Assembly: GCA_963674695.2 (NCBI GenBank)
Contig: CAXXGI010000001.1
Span: 1-64,000, forward strand
DNA length: 64,000 nucleotides
Direction of reading: 5' to 3'
Source of the DNA: a bacterium
GTDB taxonomy: Bacteria; UBA10199; 2-02-FULL-44-16; JAAZCA01
Positions within the stretch are counted from its first letter, which is position 1. The number at the start of each line of letters is the position of its first letter. Under the pieces are notes generated by a model. It saw nothing but the letters and a program-made list of their open reading frames with translations. It did not search any database and had not been told where the DNA came from. Below, piece by piece: positions 12,027 to 19,557 of this stretch. A program made the position numbers and the translations under genes.

Positions 12027-12506
12027 ATGGCAACCGCACTCATCTGCTCCTACTCCAAAACCGGCCACACCCGAAGGATGGCCGAGGCGATCAACGAGGC
12101 CATGATCGGCACCGGCGTAAAAACGAAGCTCGTCGATGTGGCCGACGTGCTCCTCGAGGATCTCGAAGCCGCCGATGCGATCATCCTGGGCAGCCCCACC
12201 TACTATGGCACGATGGCCGCGCCGATGAAGGATCTCATCGACCGCAGCGTGAAATATCACGGCAAACTCGCGGGCAAGGTGGGGGGCGCCTTCTCCTCCT
12301 CCGGCATGCTCGGCGGCGGAAATGAAACGACGGTCCTGTCGATGCTGGAGGCCCTGCTCATTCATGGGATGATCGTCATCGGCAGCCCGAAGATCGCCCA
12401 CTACGGACCGATAGCCATCGGCGACCCGGATGCCAAGGCCCTGCAGGAATGCCACGCCTATGGCAAGCGGTTGGGGGAGCTGACGCTCGCACTCACACAC
12501 GGATAG
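12027..12506 (+). CDS. Flavodoxin / WrbA-family NAD(P)H-dependent oxidoreductase
   Basis: YSKTGHTRRMAEAI, GSPTYYG, GKVGGAFSSSG..GGGNET; AAAGGA RBS. Confidence 0.9.
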   Translation: MATALICSYSKTGHTRRMAEAINEAMIGTGVKTKLVDVADVLLEDLEAADAIILGSPTYYGTMAAPMKDLIDRSVKYHGKLAGKVGGAFSSSGMLGGGNETTVLSMLEALLIHGMIVIGSPKIAHYGPIAIGDPDAKALQECHAYGKRLGELTLALTHG

Positions 12507-12521
12507 GACAACGTATATGGT

Positions 12522-12590
12522 GTCATTCCCGCGAACGCGGGAATCTCGATTCTCACGAAACACCGAGATCCCCGTTTTCACGGGGATGAC
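12522..12590. repeat. REP-like palindromic element
   Basis: GTCATTCCCGCGAACGCGGGAATCTCG...CGAGATCCCCGTTTTCACGGGGATGAC. Confidence 0.85.
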
Positions 12591-12620
12591 AGAAACTGGT
12601 CGTGTTTTCGAGACACAGCT

Positions 12621-15284
12621 ATGTCTTTTCTCTTCCCTGAAGATCGCACGCTCTCCGAACGGATGCTCGTGACCCTGCATCCGCTCTTTTGCGTTGTGCG
12701 CCGCATTTTTCCCAAGACGATGGCCCCGCCCGATCCCGCACCGCCGCACCCCTCAGCGATGCTGACCGAGCAGAACGCGCTCTACCGCTTCGTCTTCCCG
12801 CGCTTCTTCCGCCGCATCAGTTTCGATGAGACGCAGATCGAACGCCTGCGGGAAACGGCCAAAACGGGGACGCTCGTCTTCGTGATGCAGCGCGCCGGGC
12901 AACTCGAGTACAGCTATTTCAACTTCCTCTTTCAGGAAAAGGGACTGCCGCCGGCGCAGTTCGCCAACATGCTGCAGCTGCGCCGGTGGATGCGGCCGCG
13001 CGATCTCTGGGCATCGTTTCGCGCACAGCAGGACGAGATCGCGCGCACCGGCCGACCCTTCGACCCGATTCAGGCGGGGACGCTTCCTGAACTGATCGCC
13101 GATGGAAGCAGTGCCTTCATCGCCCTGCCCCCATCGGCGCTGAGCGATGAGGTGCTCTTTCAGACCGGGCCCAGACGCACCTTCGGGATGCTCATCGAAG
13201 CCCAGCGCAAGAGCTCCCGCCCTGTCTTCGTGGTGCCGCTCGATTTCCTCTGGAGCCGTCGGCCGGAGGGCTCGCGCCGACGCATCTCCGACATCCTCTT
13301 CGGCGAAGTCGAAAACCCGGGGCATCTGCGCAAAGCGGTGCTGTTCTGGCGCAACTACAAGCGACACGCCCAGGCGGTGATCGGCACGCCGATCGCGCTC
13401 GGCGATCTCATCGCGCAATCGCCACAACAGGGAAATGATGCCCTGGCCGAGGAGCTTCGGCCGAAGCTCCTCGAGACGTTTCACACGCAGCGACGCACCG
13501 TGACGGGGCCGCCGATTCGTCCGCGCAGCTGGTTCATCCACGAGGTCGTCAGCGACGATGAGCTGGATGAAACCCTCTGCCGCATCGCCCTCGAGCGGGG
13601 AAAGTCCGTGGACGATGTGCGCACCCTGGCGCTGCGCTATGCGCGCGAGATCGCGGCCGATGTCGATCATACGGCGATCGAACTCCTCGATCGCGCACTC
13701 GGCACCATCCTGCGGCGACTCTTCGATGACGTGCACATCGATCGTGAAGGGCTGGCACGCGCCAAAGATCGCTTTGCCGCCGGTCCCGTCATCTTCGTCT
13801 CCAATCATCGCAGCCATGCCGACTCCCTGGTGCTCTCGCACATCATCTATCGCAACGGCATGACCGTCCCGCACATCGCCGCCGGCATCAACATGGGGTT
13901 CTGGCCGCTCGGCGCGCTCTTCCGCCGCTGCGGCGCCTACTTCATCCGGCGTTCCTTCCGCGACAACCCACTCTACCGCGCGGTCCTCGAAACCTACCTC
14001 AAGGTCCTGCTCAAAGAGGGGTACAGCCAGGAATTCTTCATCGAGGGCGGACGCAGCCGATCGGGAAAACTGGGCAGCCCGCGCATGGGGCTGCTGTCCA
14101 TGCTGCACCGGGCGGCCCAGCGCGCCCATGTGGACACGCTGCATTTCGTGCCGGTCTCGATCACCTATGATCGGGTGATCGAACAGAAGAGCTATGTGCG
14201 GGAGCAGGAGGGAGGCACGAAAGAACGCGAACGCGTCGGGCACCTCTTCGGCCTCACCCGTTTTTTGCGCCGCAACCAACGGTATGGATCGATCTCGATC
14301 CGCTTCGGCCAGCCCGTTCCGGCCGCTCACGAAGGAGAAGTCGACCGCGAGAAACTGGCCAATGTAGCCGATGACATCTGCCATGAGATCAACCGCGAGA
14401 CGGTGGCAACACCGCTGGCGGTCGCTTCTGCGGCGATTTTAGCCGAATGCCGGCGCGGCATCACGCTGGGGGAATTTGGACGTAACAGCCAGCTCATCAT
14501 CGAAGCGCTCCAGCAGAAAGGGGTGCAACTCGCCGAGACGCTCACGACGATGCCCACCACCGTCATGGAGGATTCCGTTCGCGAACTCGCGGGCCGCCGA
14601 CTGATCATCCGCCGCCTGGATGCGGTGGAGCCCTATCTCGCCGTGGAAAACCACCGGCGCATCCCATTGGCATTCATTCGCAACGGCATCGCCCACTTTT
14701 TGGTGACGCTCGGAGTAACCGCCCTCGTGCTCGAACGTCGCCTTGCCCAGGAAGCCGCGGTGCGCGCCGAGGAGGTCGTCAACGATTTTGCCGAATGCCG
14801 ACGCCTGCTCTGGCATGAATTCCGTTTCGCCACGCGCGGAACCCTTGCGAACCATGTGGAAAAGGCCCTCGCGTTTTTTGCACAGCAGAAAATCATCGAA
14901 CGCACGACAGAGGGGACCTTCACACGCAATGCAGCACAGTCGTGGGGACTGGGCGTCTTCAGTTCACAGGTCCGCCCGTTTCTGGAAACGCTCTCCATCG
15001 CGCTCTATCAGAGCGCGGTCCTCTTTCCCGCTGCCATCGATGAACGCGTGCTCATCAGCGATATGCAACGCACGGGGGAGGACCTCTATCGTCTCGGGAA
15101 GATTCAATGCTATGACGCCATCGCCAAGGCGGGGTTCATCAGTGCCATCGACGTGCTCGTCGAACAGGGCGTACTCATCGCCGAGGAACCCGAGGCGGGA
15201 AAGCGTCGGCGCAATCGCTATCGGCCCAGCGGCAACACCGAACGGATCGCTACCTTTCAAGAAGAACTTCAAAAGCACCTCTGA
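12621..15284 (+). CDS. plsB: Glycerol-3-phosphate acyltransferase (PlsB-type, long form)
   Basis: NHRSHAD (HX4D), IAAGIN, GAYFIRR, FFIEGGRSRSG, VPVSITYD. Confidence 0.88.
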   Translation: MSFLFPEDRTLSERMLVTLHPLFCVVRRIFPKTMAPPDPAPPHPSAMLTEQNALYRFVFPRFFRRISFDETQIERLRETAKTGTLVFVMQRAGQLEYSYFNFLFQEKGLPPAQFANMLQLRRWMRPRDLWASFRAQQDEIARTGRPFDPIQAGTLPELIADGSSAFIALPPSALSDEVLFQTGPRRTFGMLIEAQRKSSRPVFVVPLDFLWSRRPEGSRRRISDILFGEVENPGHLRKAVLFWRNYKRHAQAVIGTPIALGDLIAQSPQQGNDALAEELRPKLLETFHTQRRTVTGPPIRPRSWFIHEVVSDDELDETLCRIALERGKSVDDVRTLALRYAREIAADVDHTAIELLDRALGTILRRLFDDVHIDREGLARAKDRFAAGPVIFVSNHRSHADSLVLSHIIYRNGMTVPHIAAGINMGFWPLGALFRRCGAYFIRRSFRDNPLYRAVLETYLKVLLKEGYSQEFFIEGGRSRSGKLGSPRMGLLSMLHRAAQRAHVDTLHFVPVSITYDRVIEQKSYVREQEGGTKERERVGHLFGLTRFLRRNQRYGSISIRFGQPVPAAHEGEVDREKLANVADDICHEINRETVATPLAVASAAILAECRRGITLGEFGRNSQLIIEALQQKGVQLAETLTTMPTTVMEDSVRELAGRRLIIRRLDAVEPYLAVENHRRIPLAFIRNGIAHFLVTLGVTALVLERRLAQEAAVRAEEVVNDFAECRRLLWHEFRFATRGTLANHVEKALAFFAQQKIIERTTEGTFTRNAAQSWGLGVFSSQVRPFLETLSIALYQSAVLFPAAIDERVLISDMQRTGEDLYRLGKIQCYDAIAKAGFISAIDVLVEQGVLIAEEPEAGKRRRNRYRPSGNTERIATFQEELQKHL

Positions 15285-15302
15285 ACCCTTCGCAATTGCG
15301 TC

Positions 15303-15508
15303 ATCTCCACATGATTATCAACAGACCCCAAATATAATCCGACCTTCGGTCAAGATGAGGGACACTTCTTCGGTACCAGTAACACACTGCATTACAAGGA
15401 ATAATACTGTGCAACAAGTGATCATTTCAGAGACACCCCCCTTTGGGACAACGACGACTCCCTTCCGCTGTGGATATCCACAGAGTTATACACAGGAGGT
15501 GTGAAAAG
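15303..15508. promoter_or_regulatory. Cluster of DnaA-box-like sites in a lower-GC gap between convergent genes
   Basis: TTATACACA 15486-15494 (perfect TTWTNCACA); overlapping opposed TGTGGATAT/ATATCCACA 15469-15482; TTATCAACA 15315-15323; TGTGAAAAG 15500-15508. Confidence 0.5.
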
Positions 15509-15520
15509 TAACCAACGGGC

Positions 15521-15595
15521 ATCATTCCCGCAGGGGTAAACGCGGGGATCCCGACTGTCATGGCACATCGAGATCCCCGTTTCCACGGGGATGAC
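15521..15595. repeat. REP-like palindromic element
   Basis: ATCATTCCCGC...GCGGGGATCCCG...CGAGATCCCCGTTTCCACGGGGATGAC. Confidence 0.8.
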
Positions 15596-15655
15596 AGAAC
15601 CGGGACCATCAGAGATGATATATTCTTCGATGATTTGAGTATGAATGGAACTGAA

Positions 15656-17251
15656 TCACGCGGTGAAGATCGCATCGCCCTGGGCGAAGGGGGTCTCTGA
15701 AACGACGGGGGCTTCAAGCTCTTCTTCAGCCTCGCCCTCCTCCTCATCGGCCTGGGCGAAGGCATCACCATCTTCATCCTTTTTCTGCTGATCATCGGTG
15801 CTATCGCGCTTGGTGGAAAGCTCGGCAACGGGGCGATCCTCGCCCTCCTTGCGGCTCACCTCACCACCCTTGAGCAGGGAGACGATGAAGGCCGTCGATG
15901 GCACGCTCATCCCCTTCTTCTCGCTCTCCTTGGCGATCTCGTATTGATCGGTATTTTCATCGAAGACCATCACGCCCATTGCCAGAACGTTCAGCTTCGG
16001 CAGACCACCATTGAGATGACCACCGCGCGTCATGCGATCGGCGGCCCTGGTGCGCTCTTCATGAGAACGCTGAATCTGATCGATCAGGGAAAGCTTGCGC
16101 AGGCCCGCATCCGTTGCGACGGAAACTCGCGGCACGCCCTTGTCGCCCTTCGGACTCAGATCCGCATTCGAGCGGGAAGAGATCACCATGACGGGCTCAA
16201 TCGTTCCCAACGGCAACCCCGATGAAGCAACTACACACTCAGCACCAGAGCAGATCGCCTCCACGGTCTTCTCGACACGGCGCGTTTCGCTCTCAGCGAC
16301 GATGGAGTCACGCTCCTGCGTCGACATCTCGGCGATGAAACAGGCCCCGATATCGATGGGATCGAATGCAATCGTCGAAGAGGTATCGGGCATCTCGCCG
16401 ACATCATACCCACCGCCGGATCCCGAGTCCTGCCCCATGCCCAACTCATTGGAAACGTCGAGCTCGGTCGGATCGTTGGGCGAGCCTTCATCGGCAGGCG
16501 GACCATCGACATCGCCGTCCGGAAAGAAGACGCCCGATTCATCGAGATCGAGGTCTCCATCGCTGGAACACTCGTGCTCGACTTCTTCGACCTGTTCCGA
16601 AGCTGCTGGCTCCGGCATCGGTGCGGGCGCAGCGGTCTGCTCCGCATCCACAGCGGGAACCTCATCGCCATCCGGTGGCGTCGGCGCAGGGGCCTCATCG
16701 GCGAAACGCTGGGCGTTGTTGCCCAGGCCCTCGGCCATCGCATCCTGATAGTCCTGATCGTCGCCCGGATAGGTAACGTTGCCCTCTTCGTCGACGCAGT
16801 AGCCATCCGCATGACAGTATCCGACGCCCTCTTCGGGCGGCATGCACATGTTCGGTTCTTCCACCTCATCCGGCGGCAACGACATGAGCGCCGAGTCGGG
16901 ATCGTAATACTCCGGCTCTTCGCAGATGGGCGGAACCGACATCGCCGCGGGCTCGATCGACTCTAGCGCACCCGCCTCCACTTCCTCAGCCGCAAAGAGG
17001 AGAATCGCGCCATCGCGCACGATGGCCACGCTGCCGTCGAGATCCTGCACCGCAACCGGAACCGCGGTCTCCGGATCATCTTCGGAACGAAAATAGAGCA
17101 CCGCGCCATCACGCGAAATCGCGGTGAGCGCCATGCCCAAGATATCTTCAACGAAATTGGAGGAGGAGACGGGCGCAAACTGCTGCTCGATCGGAAGGCC
17201 CAAGCCCCCGAGATGCGTCTGAATCAAATTGTCCATGCCATAGGCGTTCAT
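15656..17251 (-). CDS. Hypothetical protein, highly acidic and low-complexity
   Basis: 531-aa ORF, D/E/P-rich, no signal peptide, preceded by the recurrent promoter motif; no family recognised. Confidence 0.75.
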   Translation of the reverse strand: MNAYGMDNLIQTHLGGLGLPIEQQFAPVSSSNFVEDILGMALTAISRDGAVLYFRSEDDPETAVPVAVQDLDGSVAIVRDGAILLFAAEEVEAGALESIEPAAMSVPPICEEPEYYDPDSALMSLPPDEVEEPNMCMPPEEGVGYCHADGYCVDEEGNVTYPGDDQDYQDAMAEGLGNNAQRFADEAPAPTPPDGDEVPAVDAEQTAAPAPMPEPAASEQVEEVEHECSSDGDLDLDESGVFFPDGDVDGPPADEGSPNDPTELDVSNELGMGQDSGSGGGYDVGEMPDTSSTIAFDPIDIGACFIAEMSTQERDSIVAESETRRVEKTVEAICSGAECVVASSGLPLGTIEPVMVISSRSNADLSPKGDKGVPRVSVATDAGLRKLSLIDQIQRSHEERTRAADRMTRGGHLNGGLPKLNVLAMGVMVFDENTDQYEIAKESEKKGMSVPSTAFIVSLLKGGEVSRKEGEDRPVAELSTKRDSTDDQQKKDEDGDAFAQADEEEGEAEEELEAPVVSETPFAQGDAIFTA

Positions 17252-17288
17252 GCAAATCCCGTCGCAGACAGACTCGTATCCATAAGTA

Positions 17289-17316
17289 TTATCGGCAGGT
17301 TAAGGCGATAAGTTGC
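17289..17316 (-). promoter_or_regulatory. Recurrent sigma28-like promoter motif (GCAACTT-N13-GCCGATAA)
   Basis: Perfect GCCGATAA -10 about 40 nt upstream of the ATG at 17251. Confidence 0.7.
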
Positions 17317-17351
17317 TCCTTTTTTCCACTATTTTAACTCCTTGATAACAC

Positions 17352-17381
17352 TTGACAATACCTCATATCGGATGCTAGTTG
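17352..17381 (+). promoter_or_regulatory. Sigma70-type promoter for the tRNA locus
   Basis: TTGACA (17352-17357), N18, TG-extended TAGTTG. Confidence 0.5.
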
Positions 17382-17472
17382 CCCCCACTCGAAGCGATTA
17401 GGGTCGGCAGTTTAACCTGGCGAAAACGCGACGTGTTTCGAGTATTTTCAGAAGCCATCCAGACGAACACAT

Positions 17473-17543
17473 TCAGGAGTCATCCAACGGTAGGATGCCG
17501 GTCTCTGGAACCGGTCATCGGGGTTCGAATCCCTGCTCCTGAG
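17473..17543 (+). tRNA. tRNA-Gln(CTG), intact copy; CCA not encoded
   Basis: Cloverleaf: TCAGGAG/CTCCTGA acceptor, ATCC/GGAT D-stem, CCGGT-CT CTG GA-ACCGG anticodon arm, CGGGG-TTCGAAT-CCCTG T-arm. Confidence 0.96.
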
Positions 17544-17544
17544 C

Positions 17545-17583
17545 AAAGAGAAAGGGTCGCCTTAACGGCGGCCCTTTTTCTTT
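17545..17583 (+). terminator. Intrinsic terminator after tRNA-Gln; the stem extends into the tRNA 3' end
   Basis: AAAGGGTCGCC-TTAAC-GGCGGCCCTTTTTCTTT. Confidence 0.75.
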
Positions 17584-17620
17584 GCTCAGGAGCAGGGTGA
17601 GACACCGATCGGGGTTCGAA

Positions 17621-17828
17621 CCGCAGCGAGATCCTAGCCGAAGGCGGATGTCGCACGCTACAAACAAAAGTGACGAGCGCGGGCGAGGAACACATCACCT
17701 TATAGGTCAGAACGAAGTGACAACCGCAGCGAGATCCTAGCCCGAAGGGCGGATCGAGACCGCTACAAACAGAAGTGACGAGCGCGAGCAAGGAACAAAT
17801 AACCCTATAGGTCAGAACGAAGTGACAA
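17621..17828 (+). repeat. Two tandem ~104-nt structured units inserted in the loop of an orphan tRNA T-arm
   Basis: Units 17621-17723 and 17724-17828 (CCGCAGCGAGATCCTAGCC...GAACGAAGTGACAA); the flanks ATCGGGGTTCGAA and TCCCTGC rejoin into the tRNA-Gln T-arm. Confidence 0.9.
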
Positions 17829-17877
17829 TCCCTGCCCGCTCTTTTCAGGGATTCGAAGTGGGAAATTGAAAAATTAT

Positions 17878-18026
17878 TCAGGAGTCATCCAACGGTAGGA
17901 TGCCGGTCTCTGGAACCGGTCATCGGGGTTCGACGACCTTCCGAAAAGCAGTTCGCCGAACAGGCGAACAGTAAAATGATGAAGTGTCGGCGAGTGCGTG
18001 CGCGAGCCGACGTCCCTGCTCCTGAG
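17878..18026 (+). tRNA. Second tRNA-Gln(CTG) copy with a ~78-nt insertion in the T-loop (interrupted gene or pseudo-tRNA)
   Basis: 17878-17933 identical to copy 1 up to GGTTCGA; 17934-18012 is foreign sequence; 18013-18026 TCCCTGCTCCTGAG resumes the tRNA. Confidence 0.85.
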
Positions 18027-18030
18027 CAAC

Positions 18031-18060
18031 AAGAAGGGCCTCCGCAAGGGGGCCCTTCTC
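18031..18060 (+). terminator. Hairpin / likely terminator after the second tRNA copy
   Basis: AGAAGGGCCTCC-GCAA-GGGGGCCCTTCT. Confidence 0.65.
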
Positions 18061-18136
18061 GTTGTTCTGCAGTATGGGGTGAGATGACCTTACCCAAAAT
18101 TGCCCTCCATCACACACTGTGATAACATTTACGCTT

Positions 18137-18679
18137 ATGAAACGGATAGGAACACTTCTCGTCCTCATCGCACTCATCCTGAGCGTTTCCTGCGGAGGAT
18201 CAAGCGGCAGCCCTACACCATCGACGGACGATGGTGATTCGGGCGACAGCGCATCGGACGACACCGTCGGCACTGAGGAGAGCCGTGCCTATACCTGCTC
18301 GTCTTGCTATGAAGACGATACAACGACCACAACAGAAATAGGCGTGGTGATTGCAGGCTTGTGTACACGCTTCACGCAATGCGACGACAATACCTCTCTC
18401 GATCCATGCCTGTACTACGCCAACTCAGACGCAACACTCATTACGGCCACAGGTGCCGATGCATCAACCTACGCTACCTTTGAAGCGCTCCAGGCAGCCA
18501 TCGATGCAGGTGATGTCACCCAAACCTTAGCCGACTACGCCGATTGCAACAATGCGATGCCGTCCATAGCCTGTTCATCTTTTACAGATGCGGGCTCCTA
18601 CAATGAAAGTACGGGAGTGTATTCGGGATTCACTTCGGTGTTACCTGCAGCCTGCACAAACATATATACGGATTCTTAA
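18137..18679 (+). CDS. Cys-rich lipoprotein of unknown function
   Basis: MKRIGTLLVLIALILSVSC lipoprotein-type signal, S/D/T-rich linker, several Cys. Confidence 0.8.
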   Translation: MKRIGTLLVLIALILSVSCGGSSGSPTPSTDDGDSGDSASDDTVGTEESRAYTCSSCYEDDTTTTTEIGVVIAGLCTRFTQCDDNTSLDPCLYYANSDATLITATGADASTYATFEALQAAIDAGDVTQTLADYADCNNAMPSIACSSFTDAGSYNESTGVYSGFTSVLPAACTNIYTDS

Positions 18680-18786
18680 AACTCCTCACACCCAACCCAT
18701 GTCTGAACATCACCGTAAAAATATAGGGTCACGTTTTGACATGGATACGGAAACAATCACCCCCTCGATCCATCTCCACCGCAACT

Positions 18787-19188
18787 CTATTTCACAAGCG
18801 GAAATGGCCATCTTGTATAGCCGCCAAAGTTCATTAAGCGAGTATATCCTTTCGCCTCCAGCTTACGAATTACCAGTTGAGCTCGTATGCCGGTCTCACA
18901 ATAGAGGATGTACGAGCGATCAACGGGAAGCTCATTCAACCTATCCATGATTTCACTCGCTGGAAAAGATTGTGCCGTAGGAATATGACCCTTCGCATAG
19001 GCCTTTGCAGGTCTCACATCAATTATCGCTATGCTCTGATCAGGCTTCTCGGTGAGAGCACGCAGCGCCTCGGGTTTTTCAAAATCATTTAAACGCGCAC
19101 CACCTTCAGAGGTATAACCCTCGTAAAATGAACACGCACTCAATGCGCACGACATGACAAGAGTGCAAACGATTGTTTTGAGTTTCAT
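18787..19188 (-). CDS. Rhodanese-domain lipoprotein
   Basis: LSAC lipobox; IIDVR...YAKGHIP.A; LYCETGIRA active-site loop; GG...W. Confidence 0.88.
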   Translation of the reverse strand: MKLKTIVCTLVMSCALSACSFYEGYTSEGGARLNDFEKPEALRALTEKPDQSIAIIDVRPAKAYAKGHIPTAQSFPASEIMDRLNELPVDRSYILYCETGIRAQLVIRKLEAKGYTRLMNFGGYTRWPFPLVK

Positions 19189-19261
19189 TCATCCCCCTGA
19201 GATTGTTGGAAACAATACAACGGTTTGACTCTATATTCAATTGCAAGTCTCCTCCTACACA

Positions 19262-19471
19262 TTATCGCACCACGATCTTCTGATCGTCATATTCCACAAA
19301 TTGCCCCTGGTGTATTTTACAGCGCATGCGCAGTTCCACTTCGCCATCAACTTTCACCCGCCCATCAGTGATAACCATCTTTGCCTCACCACCGGTCTCG
19401 CAAAAGCCCGCAACCTTCAGCAGGTTCTTCAATTCGATCCATTCCCGACCTTCAAGTGCAAATTCATTCAT
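19262..19471 (-). CDS. Small S4-like RNA-binding protein (YbcJ/YaaA type)
   Basis: IELKNLLK..G..ETGGEAK..I.DG.VKVDGEVE.R...KI..G. Confidence 0.9.
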   Translation of the reverse strand: MNEFALEGREWIELKNLLKVAGFCETGGEAKMVITDGRVKVDGEVELRMRCKIHQGQFVEYDDQKIVVR

Positions 19472-19557
19472 CGCTCGCTCCAGATATCCTCACGCAGGTA
19501 GCCCCGTTTCTGGGGACAAGGTCAATCTACATGGCATCGATATCCAACTCCGTCTCG

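Noticed and set aside
17621-17828. CRISPR array
   Set aside because: Two long near-identical units without unique spacers; no cas genes in the window.
17934-18012. Group I intron, hammerhead ribozyme or C/D-box RNA in the tRNA insert
   Set aside because: Too short for a group I core and no U at the 5' splice site; CGAAA and ATGATGA are present but without CUGAUGA and stem I; the box C-like match lacks supporting structure.
17473-18026. Classical integrative element with attL/attR at tRNA-Gln
   Set aside because: The whole gene, including its 5' end, is duplicated only 400 bp away and there is no integrase.
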